Assembly (NCBI RefSeq): GCF_009914755.1
Contig: NC_060947.1
Reading direction: 5' to 3' (one strand)
DNA: 64,000 nucleotides
Source of the DNA: the human T2T-CHM13v2.0 reference genome, Homo sapiens
Numbering within the stretch: the stretch's first letter is position 1; the number at the start of each line of letters is the position of its first letter. This document shows, piece after piece, positions 39,850 through 55,178 of the stretch. A program made the position numbers and the translations under genes. A model generated the notes under the pieces. The model had not been told where the DNA came from. It saw only the letters and a program-made list of their open reading frames with translations, and made no database searches.

Positions 39850-40620
39850 CGGGCCCCAACATCGCGAGGTCTAGGGAAAAATGCTACCACTCCTCCCCCC
39901 TACTTCCGCTGCCACGCTGCCTCCATGCCTGCCTCCCCTCTCTGCCACGCCCCCACCACGCGCTTTGCACTCTGGGGCCCACGCACTTCCCTGAAGAGTC
40001 TAGAAGCTGCTCCTCATTTCCAGACTTTCCGGGCGCCCACCAGGCTCCCGGGCTCTCACCGGAGACCACAGGGAGGAGCTTCAAGGTACCCCAAGTCCCT
40101 GCGGCCTCCAGCAGTGAAGAGTTCCACAAGGGTGAGTGAAGTCCGTTAATGAAAGCTACTGCAAAGTAAAATGCCTTGGGGTGGCGGCGGGGAGCCAGCC
40201 CCTTTGTCCCTCGGTGGCTGAGGAGCCCAAGCTACTCCATCAGAGACATTCCCTGCAGGACCCTCGTTTTCCTGGTCATCCTGGGAAGGTTGGTTGGGAT
40301 GAGGCAGAAGGAGAGGGGTGGCAGCGGGTAGCTGGGGGTTACACGAGGAAGACCCCCACATTCTGAACCTCCTCCTGCATTGGGCACCATCGTAGGTGCA
40401 CCATAGGAGGCACCCATTGATTTTTCTTTGGACATTTCGAGAAATTGAAGCAGAGTTGGGAAGAATGGAAAGCTTGCGGTGTCGCGAATAGGCCGGTCTG
40501 AGCGGGCGGTTCGGGTGAGAACGCCAGGCTCTGTCCGGCAGGTCTGGGGCGCGTCTCCATTACCACAGTCGGGGACGGTGTGCTGGGGTGGGCGCGTATA
40601 TCGAGAGGTTTGCCTGGTTT
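39850..40620. promoter_or_regulatory. CpG-enriched promoter-like region with plus-strand splice donors
   Basis: Local CpG/GC enrichment outside recognised repeats; donors aagg|gtgagt (GT 40132) and cgg|gtgaga (GT 40515). Confidence 0.55.
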
Positions 40621-40907
40621 TCAGCAGATTGAGCAGTTTGTACACGTGAAATCTCAGACTTCAGAATTTTCAGGGCAGTAGCGGCTTTTCAAAGGATCTG
40701 CTTGAAGTTTTTGTTGTCCTTTGGGTTTGTTTTTTGCTTTTTTGGATTTCAAATGATGAGGAGTTTATGTCAGGATGTGTATTTGGGCACACTTACACGG
40801 AGAGCACAGAAGTTGTGGCTACCTTAGAAAATGTGTTTTTTCAAAATGGAGTCAGATTAGCGTGAAAGTGCCAGCAGCCATGTATCTGAAGACCGATAAT
40901 GGAGGCG

Positions 40908-41165
40908 AACGTCGGTGCGGTGGCAGGCATCTTAGTCTCAGCTACTGGTTACGGCTGAGTTTGAGACCAGCTAGGGCGGACTTAGCGAGACCTGTTCTCT
41001 ACAAAAATTAAAAAAAAAAAAAAAATTAGCTGGGCGTGTGGTGCCCAACTAGTCAGGAGGCTGAGGTGGGAGGGATCGCTTGAGCCTGGGAGTTCGAGGT
41101 TGCAGTGAGTCATGAATGAACCACGGCACCCCAGCCTGAACAACAGAGCAAGACCCTGTATTTTC
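40908..41165 (+). mobile_element. Diverged AluJ-like SINE with deletions
   Basis: Alu motifs with A-rich linker. Confidence 0.75.
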
Positions 41166-41849
41166 AATCAAAACTTCCTTCAAAAATTACAACTCATAAG
41201 ACAATAATTTATCAGTTACTCATCCATCTTAAGGGAACATAACTTTCCAATGTATAAAATCAAGAATGTAAATTAATCTACCCTGGATTATGTAATATGC
41301 ATGCCATACACCACACAATATGCCAGGAAAGGCAGGTGGCAAAGTCATGCTCCAAAAGAGATCCAGGAACAGAATCAGGCATCCTGGTTTTTTTGAGGTA
41401 TCCCTACTGACTGGCTGTGCTTTTCTCTAACCTTAGTTCTTTCAGTAAGTTAAGCTGTATCTAAAGTAGATTTGTTGTGCTTATTTCTCTGCCAGTTCTA
41501 GAACAGAGAGTACTGAGGGGTAAAGACACTCAGGCAGCAAAAGAAAATCCTTTCCACCAAACTAAAGAGAATGGGCAGAAAGCATTGGACTCATGACTTT
41601 GAAAGTATTCAGGCCAATGTAGCCAGTAGATGCCCTCCAATCTGTCAGTACTTACTTAGAGAGACATCTGTCTTTGAGATTAGCCTAGCACTTCCTTAGG
41701 AGAGTTGGCAGTGATGGAGGGAGGATGTGGGGGCGGGAACTGGACCTTTCTTCCATCAGCAAAGAACAGGCGTGAGGGCTGTTCCTCCTTTTCTTTTCCC
41801 AGCAAGTCAGGAGCCAGTGGGAAGTGGCTTTCTTTTTTCTTTTTCCTTA

Positions 41850-42150
<301 letters not shown>

Positions 42151-42888
42151 GAAGTGGCTTTCTAATGGCTGGCCTTTATGGGCAGATTTCTTTGCAAAGT
42201 AATTCACAGATACCCAGTTTCTTGGGTAATAAGAATTAGACTAGAAATCCTCCTACTCTTAACTGAAAGTTGATAGGGTTGATAAGGTAATTAGGATTAT
42301 GGGGAGAGCATTTGGTTGTTGGTAGTAAAACGAAAATTTGTGATAAAAGTGTAGTTTAACTCTCCTGGTTTTGGTTTCAACATTTCATTCAACACATATT
42401 CAGAAGTTCTGTTAGAGGCACGTTTTGAGCTAAGATACAGGGCAAAGCAACTGAGAATAAAGATGCAGCTTTTAGGGAGTCCATAGGCTAGTGGAGCAGA
42501 GAAACGTGCAAACAAATTATTATATCCCATTATTTGCTTTGAGCTATAATATGTGAATAAGAAACCCAGACACTGGACTTCAAAGAGAAGGGAGTGATCA
42601 ATTTACCCTGGGTTAGGGCCTCAGCCCATCTTCCCCAAAGAGGAGGATTTAGATTGGGTTTTAAGTTATGAGATTAATAACTCTGGAAGGAGAAGGCAGA
42701 GGGAGACACACATACTAACAAAATGATGGAGGAGCAAAAATGCCTAGCATTTTCCGAAGCAGGAGGTGACCAGGTGAGGGTGGCTATCCTTGTGACCTTT
42801 GAAAGAGGAGGGATCAGTTTGAGGAGTTGCCTTTCATTTCTTGGACATTAGGGAGCCACGGCAGGATTTTAAGAAAGTGATTCCCTGT

Positions 42889-43340
42889 ACAGGTTGATAC
42901 CCTTTATCCAAAATGCTTGGGACCAAAAGTGTATCAGATTTCAGATTTTGGAATACATGTAATTTGCATTATGCTTACTGGGCGAGCATCCCTAATTTGA
43001 AAATCTGAAGTCCAAAAATGTTTCAGTGAGCATTTCCTTTGAGTGTCATATTTACACTTAAAAAGTTTCAGATTTTGTCCGGACGCGGTGGCTCATGCCT
43101 GTAATCCCAGCACTTTGGGAGGCTGAGGCAGGTGGATCACCTGAGGTCGGGAGTTTGAGACCAGCCTGACCAACATGGAAAAACCCCGTCTCTACTAAGC
43201 CCGGTGCGTGCCTGTAATCCCAGCTACTCGGGATGCTGAGGCAGAAGAATTGCTTGACCTGGGAGGTGGAGGTTGTGGTGAGCCGAAATTGCACCACTGC
43301 ATTCCAGCCTGGGCAACAAGAGTGAAACTCCGTCTCAAAA

Positions 43341-43391
<51 letters not shown>

Positions 43392-43470
43392 AATAAAATA
43401 AAGTTTCAGATTTTGGAGCATTTCAGATTTTGGATTTTCGATTTTCGAGTCAGGGATGCTCCGCCATACG
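42889..43470. mobile_element. Tigger4/Zombi-like DNA transposon remnant interrupted by an Alu
   Basis: caggttga..., gagcatccctaat, ttcagattttgga repeats, ...gggatgctc. Confidence 0.75.
43077..43400 (+). mobile_element. AluS-type SINE lacking most of the central linker, (TAAA)n tail
   Basis: ctactaagcccggtgcgtgcctgt junction; TSD aaagtttcagatttt. Confidence 0.88.
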
Positions 43471-43984
43471 TACCACACCTGATTTAGAGGTGGACTCATC
43501 AGGATTTGCTGGACTGGATTGTTTGGAGGCAGAGTGAAGGAGAGGGAGCTGTTAGCAGTGATCCTACAAGTTTTTGTTTTATGCAACTGATTCCACTTAC
43601 TGAGATGAGGAGCACCGGGACCAGGAGAAATTTGGGTAAGTTTAGTTTTGGACCTGAGCATAAGGTGCTGGTGAAGCATCTAGGAAGCCACTGGATATGC
43701 TTCTAGAGCCAGAGCTCAAAGGAGTAGTCACAGCTGGAAATAAAGATGCAGTGTCATCAAGGTTTCTTTTTGGCAGAGGCTTCTGGGGACTACTAGCACC
43801 TCTTTATGGCTCTGGTGTCAGGGAAATGAGTCAATGCCTACCCTGCTCTAGCCATAAAAAGCTGCTGTCTCTAGTCATGCTGATGTGACTTAGACTCTGT
43901 CTGAATGTTGATAGGCAAAGGTCTGTGTGACAAAGGCTTCCACTAGATTTTCAAGGAGGTACTCCCCGAAAGTCAGTCTCTTAA

Positions 43985-44456
<472 letters not shown>

Positions 44457-47400
44457 TAAATTGACTTCCAAATGTTGTTTATGAGAACTAGAATACCGTT
44501 CTTGTTATTTGATATGTATTTATGGAGTGTGTGTGTTCTGACTTGAGTCTAGCTAATGTCCCAGTAGGGTAGGATGTTTTGGACGTTGATGAGTTTTTCT
44601 TCTGATTCTATTTCTAACAGTTAAGCACATTGTTTAGGTAACTGGTTGTTCCTTGATTATAGAGTGTTCATGGCCACTAATAAATGTCCCCCATATTTAA
44701 ATATACAAGTTATACCTTTGGGATGGCAGGGAGCTAAGGGCCATCAGCTCTTTTATATGCTAATACCTGAGATCAAGGCACACGATATTATTCAATCAAG
44801 CTAATATTTAGCTTTGGAAATTAAAGCATAAATTCATGAATGTGAATAGTGTTCTTCTTTCTGCATTGATATTTAACCATAATGTATGTATGCACACAAT
44901 GTTCCAAGATTTCTCTTTGTTTTTATTTTTTTGATGATGTATGTTTCACTTGCTGCAATATTTGTTGATTTCATGAATACTACTGATATTTAGGGAAAGG
45001 ATCCAAGAAGTGTTGAACTCCTAGTGTGTCTTTCTTTAAGCTTGTCTCCTTGTTAAGGTGAACCTTAACATTCAAGGTTATGGTGATCCTTATCATTTGA
45101 GACATTTCACCGAATATATGGGTGAGCAATGCACCTTAGACTTTTCGGTGAACTTCTCCATCCGTGTGGTATCTGATCCTCCTGAGAGTGGCCATATGCG
45201 GTAGGGAGGCCAGGGCTTAGCACCATTTTGCAGGTACTCAGACAGGCTAGGTGACTTGCCCAAGATCACACAGCTAGTGCAGAGCTGGGACTAGATCCCA
45301 AGAATTCTGACCTCAAGAGGGGTGTTGATTTCCATTGATTTTGCAATTCCCCCTACTTAAGTCACTGGATTAATAATTTTAAAGTGTGGATTAAGGCAAG
45401 TATATTTTGTTGGCTTGCTCTCCTCTAACTTTAGGTCTCCCAGTTGGGAGAATGAACTTGTAGGTTAATAGTTTCCTAGTAGAAAGCAATAAATATATTC
45501 CTTAGTATAGACAATAAATTGTGGCAGTTTCACTCTCCTCCTTGGGCTGCGTCAAGATCACTTTGAAACATTCCTGGGTATTCTTCATACAGGACTTAGG
45601 GCTGTTTACTCTTTTCCGTCTCCCATATCAGCCTCCTTTGCCAATCATCTTCAGAAATACAGGTGTAAGCTGTGCTGTAAGGCATGAACCACACAGCACT
45701 TTGAAATGAGAAAGCTTTAAAGTAACAGGCAGGAATTTGAGGGGGAAATTGAAAAGTCTTTCTGCACAAAATGATTGTACTTTAAGGTGAAATTCACAAA
45801 GTCAATCAACATGAAGAATCTGGAAACTCTCATTGAGAGTTCTTTCATTTTTTTATACATTCCATAAGAAACAAGGTAGAGCTTTCATGTAAAGTTCTAA
45901 CTTGTGATTAGAGAAGGCATTTGAAGTGTATAGAACAGAGAGTATATTGTAGCTGGCAGCCAGGGCATTTGCAGAGCTTCACGTTAATGGGCAAGTGTCT
46001 TAACCATCAGCATTGCGAAAAGGAATGGCACAGGAGTGAGGGCTGAGGGTGGGGTGGGGAGAGGGGCTCTGGCATCAGGTAGCCAAGAGTCAGCAAAAAT
46101 TAGAGATAATTTTAAGTGAGGAGGTCCATAGCCTTTCTTTCAGGAAGTGGAAGGTTTCCTTGGCCCCTTTTTCTAATTTGAGAACAATGTGGCTCATACA
46201 TTGTCAACCTTTTCACTCGGTGGTATATATTTTTTGACCTTTTATGTGATATTGATACTTAAATTATATATCCATCTTAAATTAATTTTGTTGCATATAG
46301 ATTTTTATGTGTGGACATAGCCCTTTTTAAAAAATTATTCAACAGCTTCTAGGAGACAACTTCTCTGCTTTTTGGGACAAGGCAGCCCTGCAGTAGGCAG
46401 AACAGTAGGGTAGGATTCAGGAGAACTGGGGGTTAGGCTGGGGATTACTTGAAGATAAGGGATTTAAAGGAAGTTAGGATTCTGTTCCTCTTCTCAAAGT
46501 TGAAATAAAGTAAAATAAATTAGGAGAAACCTAATTAGAAACCTAATTGCTAAAGGGTTTGTTTCCCTACTCAGACTTGCCCTGATTTAAAAACTGTATT
46601 TACAGAATGTTCACAGCCATGTAAAATAGACTGGAAAGAAATACTCTAATGTGGCAATGTTTCCCTCAGAGTGGTAGAATTATGCTTGTGTTGTCTCTCC
46701 TTTCTATTTTGTAAATTTGGCACTCTTTAAAAAAGAAACCTAAAATAAATTTCCTTTTAAAAAATGAAATTCTAAAAAGAAACAAGAAGCCTGGCTCGTT
46801 CCCAGCATTCTAAAGGGGAATGATTGTAGAGCTCCACAAAACTGGCCAAGGAGCTACATAGTGATGAAAGGGTTTTGATCTCTTTGGGAAGTATTGTAGG
46901 GAACAGCTTTGCTGGCACTCTCACAGCCCCTTTCCTGTGTGGAGATTGGGCTGTGGGACCTTTGTCTTGAGTGGTAAATGCCCAGCATGCCGCCAGAAGC
47001 CCTAGCTGTGGTCACTCCCTCATGGAGCACCTTTTCGGTCTGAGGCTGATAATTGTCCTGCTTCTTATGTGGTAAGCTGTCAGGACTGTGGGCTGCCAGC
47101 TGCCTTAGCTTTACTAAAAGGAGGTGGTTGATTCATTCTTTTACTGTGGATTGTCAGCTGAATAAAGCGGCCCACCACAGCCTTAGGGACAAAAGCTCTC
47201 CATTAGGATTACACTGCCAGGTTGGAGAATGGCCCTTTAAATGCTGTACAGCCTCAAACAGGGGCTGTATTAAGCTGACCACCTTTATGCAAATCTCTCT
47301 CCTTTGTCCAAAGGCCCCCTCATGACAGAGGCCAGCTAAGCCTTTATGGACAGATAGGCTTTGTGCAAGGCTGGGGGATCACCCAGGTTAGGTGTTTCCA

Positions 47401-49105
47401 GGAAGAAAAGTGGATTGAGGCGATTTTGTAAATGTCACTGCTAATAAATTGAACATTGGCAAACTTGCACTTAAGACATTACTTGGGAAGAACAGATTAT
47501 TAAAATGGAACAAATTGAGGTGCCATAGAGTTCTGGAGTGCTGAAATTGTTGTCCTTTGGCATTATGCAAAACAACATTATGTCTTTATCTGTCTTTTCC
47601 AGTTCCTTTCTAGTTTCCTCCCTGATCCTGAGCTGCTTTGTTTTTGTCCAAAGTGGAGAGGCTGCTCCCATCTGTGCTCATCTCCTCCTTAGTTGCTTTG
47701 GCTCTTTTCTCTCTCCTTGGTGCTGTGTTTTCCCTCCACCCATCTAATAGAATATTTCCAAGGTCTTATCTTCTTTTCCTCATGTCACTCCCTTGGGGCG
47801 CTCAAGTGACTTGTCTAATTTCAAATATTCTCTGTGAACATGTCTTATAGAGTCATGGATTCCCCAAGCTGAAAGAGACTTCCAAGTCATCTGTCCGACT
47901 CATGTCTATGTGGTCAAATTGACAATTCTTGTCAAATAGAGGTTGGAGTTTCTTCCATGTTTCATTGATGCCTAAGCATGCAAGAGAACCTAAAGTTGAT
48001 GACTTTTCTTTCAGTACTTTTCCATGATTCAGTTTTTCTTTAAGAAAAAACACTCTCCCCTTTTGACCTTCAGCTACTTTAGCCTCCACTGCCCCAGGCC
48101 CATAACAGTAGCAACACATCTAATTCTTAATCTTTGTTCCTTCTCATATTAGTCTGCCTCCTTCATAGCATGTCTGGGAGTCATCCTCTCTTGCAACCTT
48201 TTTCTCTTCTTTCTGCAGCAGCTAACCTCGAACCCCTTCTCAGCCTGTCTGCTTGAGCTCCCCTTGCATCACCTCTTTTAAAATTAGTTTGATCTTGTGA
48301 GTCAATTCTCAGAAAATTTGAGTAGTGCCCAGCTACCTCACACAGTAAATAAAAATGTTAACATCTTCAGTTAGAGAATCCAGCCTGACCTGACGACTTT
48401 GATTTTCTCATTTGATTTTTCTTAACACCTTTTAACATTCCAGCTGCTCAATTTTTAGAGAATTATTTTGACAGTTGTAAGTTATAAGAGCTATAGCTCT
48501 TCTTTGAAATAATAATATTTTAATTTTTCTTTAGGTCCTTTTGATTTACAAAAACCCCCCACAACAACAACAATAATAACAATAGCAATGAAAACACCAG
48601 ACACAGTGCCTTGCCCATAGTATGTTTGGGGGCATGAATGATGAATAAATAAATAAAAGTATTTGAAATCACTGTAGATAACTTGAGTTGCCCAGAAGCC
48701 AGAAATGTAGAACCCGCTGTCCTGGAAACTGTATTCTTTCTTCCTTGGTAAATTCCTACGGCATCAAGTAGAGGAAACCTTAATAAATACGGACTGGGAG
48801 TGGCCTAAAATATTCCACTATAATCTGTAATACTTTCAGATTCTTTACGGTTTAAATTTTTCTGTTCATTTATATATGAAAATCTTTCTGTTTAAAAAGT
48901 TCTTTAATGAAGTGTTCCAGTATCATTTTCTCTAGATTGTTTTACTGATTGGCTGTCAATATTTTAAATTGAAAAAGGACTGGAGACAGAGAAAAACTTA
49001 CCTATCAAATTCTTAATTAAATGATTCATGAAGATGTCTTTTAAATGGTTCATTTGAAATATACCTTTATACGAACAGGAATGGCTATCTCCATATTAAG
49101 TCATC

Positions 49106-49604
49106 TGTATAAGTTCGTTCTTGCATTGCTACAAAGAAATGCCTGAGACTGGGTAATTTATAAAGAAAAGAGATTTAATTAACTAACAGTTCTTTAGGTT
49201 TTACAGGAAGCATGGTATTGGCTTCTGGATGGAGCTTTTACTCATGGTGGAAAGTGAAGCGGGAGCTTACACATCATGTGGCTAGAGCAAAAGGGGGTGC
49301 AGGAAGATGGGGTGGTGACGGGGGGTGGGGGAAGGGCATGCTGGGGGTAGAGGTTGGGGGTGGGGGGTAAGGCAGGGGAAGTTTTGGGGTGGGGGTGGGG
49401 GCTGGGGGTGGGATTGGGGGAAGGTGCCACATACTTTTAAATGACCAAATCTCCCAAGAACTCACTCACTATGGAGAAGACAGCACCAAGCCATGAAGGA
49501 TCCACCCCCATGATCCAGTCACCTCCTACCAGGCCCCACCCCCAACCTCGGGGATTACAATTCAACATGAGATTTGGACAAGGACAGATATTCAAACTAT
49601 ATCA
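49106..49604 (-). mobile_element. MSTB-like MaLR solo LTR with internal G-rich tract
   Basis: tgtat...caaactatatca termini; 5-bp TSD TCATC at 49101-49105 and 49605-49609. Confidence 0.85.
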
Positions 49605-51109
49605 TCATCTGTCCTGCATGTTTTCCTACATTTTTTCTATGTCTTAGGTCGTTCTGTTCCTGCATCTCATGATCTCTGGAGAAGTAACAAGTTCTTGATT
49701 TTTCACAATTTTCAACTAGCTGAATGTTATTCTTCATAGTTTTACAGGCTATGTTTAGATAGCCTTGTGTTGCTGAGAGAAACTTACCCTATTCGCTGCA
49801 GTGATCGGGGAGAGACTGACAATACAGGACTTTGATACAGTACCAAGTAAGGCAGGTGCCATAAGGGTAAAGGCAATGTGCTGTGGAGATGGAGGACAGA
49901 GGATCAGAAAAGGCTTATTGGAGAAGATGCTTTGGGGGAAGTGCTTTGAAAGATTTATATTACTTCATTAAGTAAAGATATAGGGAAGGACATTTTAGGC
50001 AAGGAGATGATCATGAGCAAAGGCTGGGCAGTATGAATGAAGAGTGAGTGTCTGGATAATAGTGGGTAGTTCCTGGAATTCAGGAATGTTGTGATTGGAA
50101 AGGTGAATTGGGTTGTATTGTAGAGAGCCTTGGGTGACAGGCTGAGACAGTTTTATTGTGGTGATGCTTAAAATCTCCAGACAAGAACACATGTGATTGT
50201 AATAGGAGAGCACATTCAATAAATATTTGTGGAGAAATCATATATTGAACTTCTTGTATTTCCCCTTTACTAACATGTTGTCTGTAATGAGGCAAGGTAG
50301 AAATGAATTTAATAAACCAAACCAAACTCAAACCTGTCTAACTAAGTGGGTTCCAAAGTCCACATGACTACTTTTGCTTGCTTCACAATGGCTTCAAGTG
50401 ACAAACCTTGTGAGGGGATCTTCCTTGAGGTCACAATTGTGCCAAACAGGTAGTCCCAAGTGCCAGTCACTAGTGAAGTTAAGCACTGGGCATAACTGCC
50501 AACTGTGGGCACCTAGCCAGGTTCTTGCCAGATGCTCCTTGGCTGATGTGAATGAAAGTCATCTGTTGAGGAGTGGCTCCAGTTCATGTCACTGGATGAT
50601 TCTTGAGCTTCTGCCCTGTGCTGGGTGCTGCAGACAGGGAGAAATCAGACCACATTCTGGCCTTGTGCTCATACTCCACTGGGGGAGACAGACAAGGGGT
50701 CGAATAGTGATCATACCTCTTAGAAAGTGACAAGTGCCCTGAGACAGTAGCAGACAATGAATTCTAGAGGGTTCAGGGAGAAGGAAGCTGAGGAAAACAT
50801 TTGTGAGAGTGCATTCTACCTGAATCTGGAAAAACTTGAAAAAAATGATGTACTTTGGGATTCAAGTCCATACATCCAGGTTACACTTAACCTTTACACC
50901 CAGTAGATGCTGTGGGGATAGATATATTTTGCCAAACATCAGAAACAGATTGCTCTTTTGGGACTACACTATTTGGCTTTGGCATTGGTATGCTCCAGAG
51001 GCAAAAATGGTGTGTCCCTCAGAAAAGGCAAGAATACTATTTGCCTAAAGTGAAGCAAGTCCATAGAATCTGTTAAAAGAAGTTTTTGAACATCAACACT
51101 TACATTTTC

Positions 51110-51248
51110 TTCTTTTTTTATTAAAAAATAGAGACGAGGTCTCGTTGTGTTGCCTAGGCTGGTCTTGAACTCCTGGGCTCAAGGAATCCTCCTGTCTCAG
51201 GCTTCCCAAAGTGTTGGGATTACAGGTGTGAGCCACTGCTCCCAGCCA
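51110..51248 (-). mobile_element. Alu monomer (FLAM-like)
   Basis: Single left-arm-like unit. Confidence 0.8.
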
Positions 51249-51937
51249 TCACGCACTTTTGTATCTATAAACCAAGGTAAAGATTACGAGTAAGAGTTTT
51301 TACATTGCAGAAAAAGGAGAATTTCCTTAGAGGCAGATGTAAACACCATCTCTAGGGCTTGTATCAAAGACCACTGGACAAAATAGCATGAGAAAGCTCA
51401 GTCCCTTTGGTCAAGTAAACCATCATGGTGATTGCAGGGGGCTGGAATTGGGAGGAGACTAAAGACATTTGACTTCGTGCAAAAGCTAAAAGCAGTTTAA
51501 GACCATTTTTTTTTTGGCGGGGGTGGGGGGAGGTGATGAACATTCCCAGTTTCTCCAATCAATAGCATTTCTGTGAGAATTGTAACACTATGAAAAGTCA
51601 TTTCTAATCTGGAAAGTCTTGGTGGTTGAAAAGTTTCTCTTACCTTTATTTTCAGTTATGTGATTATTGAATTCCCTGGTGTTGTTAGATGGGCTATTTT
51701 TTATTTAAAAACATCTCTTTTTTCTAAGATGATCTGGATAGACTATCCAGTGCCCATACATAACACTCATCAGTTTTTCAATCTCTCATTCTCAGGTAAG
51801 AAAACGATTTTTGTCTTTCAGACTTTACTTTTGTACTTACCTTTTTATATTTTACTATGTACTTGTAATGGAAGTAAGATTCCTCTGTAATTTGAAACGG
51901 ATCATCAAGTTGTAAGTGGGGAAAATCTAAGTAATGA

Positions 51938-52603
<666 letters not shown>

Positions 52604-52963
52604 AATAAGCTGCATTTTAAAATAATAACACCTGAGTTAGTAATTCATACAATGCTCAGTCAGGCTTAAAGCATAGGCCAAGATGTAACATCATTCAAAT
52701 AGTCAAAATCAACTCTTATCCTAGTGAATTGATTACATGTGAAATTGTGTAGCATCAATAATAAAATTATCTGTTTATGGATGTTCTTGATTTTCACCAA
52801 TGACAACTACAGATTTAAAGTGCAAATCATATTTTATCTTGAGATTCTACTTGATCACTTTAAATGTAGCACTCTTCTAATTTCCCTCAGAGAATTATAA
52901 AATCAAGTGAAGGAAAGAAGATGTCTTAGTTTTGATAAATTGGTGATTGTAGATCAATAAGAA

Positions 52964-53007
52964 GTGTGTGTGTGTATGTGTGTGTGTGTGCACACGTGTG
53001 TATGTGT
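52964..53007. repeat. Imperfect (TG)n microsatellite
   Basis: Visible. Confidence 0.9.
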
Positions 53008-53344
53008 ACTCAGTTGTAGAACAGTTGCAAACAGAAATGAACTTTAATGTTAATTTTCGCCAACTACTGTAATTTTATGTTTATATAGATATTATATGAT
53101 TGTATTCTATCAAAACATAGCATATATTTATTGCCATAAATGTAATTTGTTTTTTTACATGATTTGCCATAAATGTAATTTGATACTTCTGTAATTAAAA
53201 AGTAAATAGATATAGAAAATAGATTTATAAATCTTAAGATATAACAATTAGAGCTCATTCTCACCCAACTCTTTCAAATGGGGCATTTTTCCAGCTATGC
53301 GGCTCGTCAATTCTGTAAATATATTTTTTGAAATTACATGAGAC

Positions 53345-53492
53345 AGCCCAGTGCAGTGGTTGTGCACCTGTAGTCTTAGTTATACGGGAGGCTTAGGTGG
53401 GAGGATTGCTTGAACCGAGGAATTATTAATAGAAGCCAGCCTGGGCAATATAGTGAGACCTCGTCTTGAAAGAGAGAGAGAGAGAGTGAGAG
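53345..53492 (+). mobile_element. FLAM-like Alu monomer with (GA)n tail
   Basis: Diverged Alu motifs. Confidence 0.7.
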
Positions 53493-53825
53493 AATGAGAT
53501 TTACATTTCTGTTATGCTAAGTTGCTCATTTAATAAAAAATTCTCAATAGAAACACAAATTATCCTTGCACAGCCTTGAAATTCCATTTTGGGACCATTT
53601 CCTTAGTATAGGAATTCTACTGTGGTGGTATATACAGTGAACAGATTTTACCTTGTTTCTGTCTTCAAAGTTATTTCAATGGCAGGGATTAATAGCATAT
53701 TAATTTATGGCTCATACTGTTTGCCTGAAGGAGACTTATCTTACACAGATAATTCTGACAGAGACATATACCATAATGCACAGTCATTGCAATTGTTTTG
53801 TAAAAGAAAGGTTAGGTGAGAGTCT

Positions 53826-54124
<299 letters not shown>

Positions 54125-54640
54125 CTGAGAGTCCTTTATTCTTCAAGTTGTTTCCCAGGTATTTGGGCAGGCTATGCTGGGGACCTTTATGGGAGCACTT
54201 TGAACTGCAACCAGTAAACCAGTTAAAAAGGATCTCTGCTATTACCACATTCATCTTTCCCTGGACCATTCATAAACCTTGGAGGGGATCCTAAGACTAG
54301 TATTTTTGTCACAGAGACCATTCAATATTTGTTAGGCTTTCAAAGTTTCCATTTTGTCATGTATAAGCCAAAATGCATGCATAGGTGTTTGAGGATAGAA
54401 AGTAAAACAAGACAAAGACACACTGAAGTCATTTTGGAGATTCTCTGTGCTCCTAGATCTATTAAAAGTGCTGAGATGTCTTGTGTCAAGAAATCTGCTT
54501 CAGTGTATTTAACCAGCATTTTTCAAATGTTCTCCGCTAAGGAACACTTAATACCTATTTTTATTTTTGCTTAATCCTGTTAACATCTTTTGGTATTCGT
54601 GTTCTGCAGGACCAGTGACCTTTAGGAAAGTTGTTGTTAC

Positions 54641-55178
54641 CTGTATGATACCATTTTATATATATGATCAATGGTATTTGGCTCAGCTATATTGAATTCC
54701 CCAGGAATAATATTGACCAGCTATTTCTGGGCAAGAAGACCATCAGCTAATTGCAGTGTCAAACTTCTTATGACAACTGGTCATGAATGCTTTTGTGCCA
54801 AATTCTCTGATGTGTTGACTAAGGCTCTGGCAGGTTTGAAGGCATCAAAAACTCCTGAGGTATCTCCAGTAGATTCAAAAACTGGCCTTGCAGGCTTAAG
54901 AACTTTCTCTGCTGCAGAGACAACAGAAACAAGCCTAACTCCCCAAATCCAGAATGAATCTGTTGACTCAGTCCCCTCTGATCTTAGATGCTGTTGCTTG
55001 GGGATGACATTTGCCAGAGATTTCTCCCCTCTCCCTCTCCTCTGAGTGGCTTTGAGATGGTGGGTTTTGATAACTGAGTTCACCTCGTTGGAGAGAAAGT
55101 GTGGACACCAGCATCACAACTGTGGTGAACAAAAAGTCTCCTCCCCTTCCAAGGAAGCTGGGAAGGTGGATTGCTTCA
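54641..55178 (-). pseudogene. Candidate decayed 538-bp coding exon (178 codons, 3 stops)
   Basis: Acceptor ttttctttaactcttcag|, donor cag|gtaac; includes the 100-aa ORF 54781-55083; no homolog recognised. Confidence 0.35.

Noticed and set aside
54671-55045. 124-aa plus-strand ORF
   Set aside because: No homolog or transcript context; likely the antisense shadow of the minus-strand exon-like segment.
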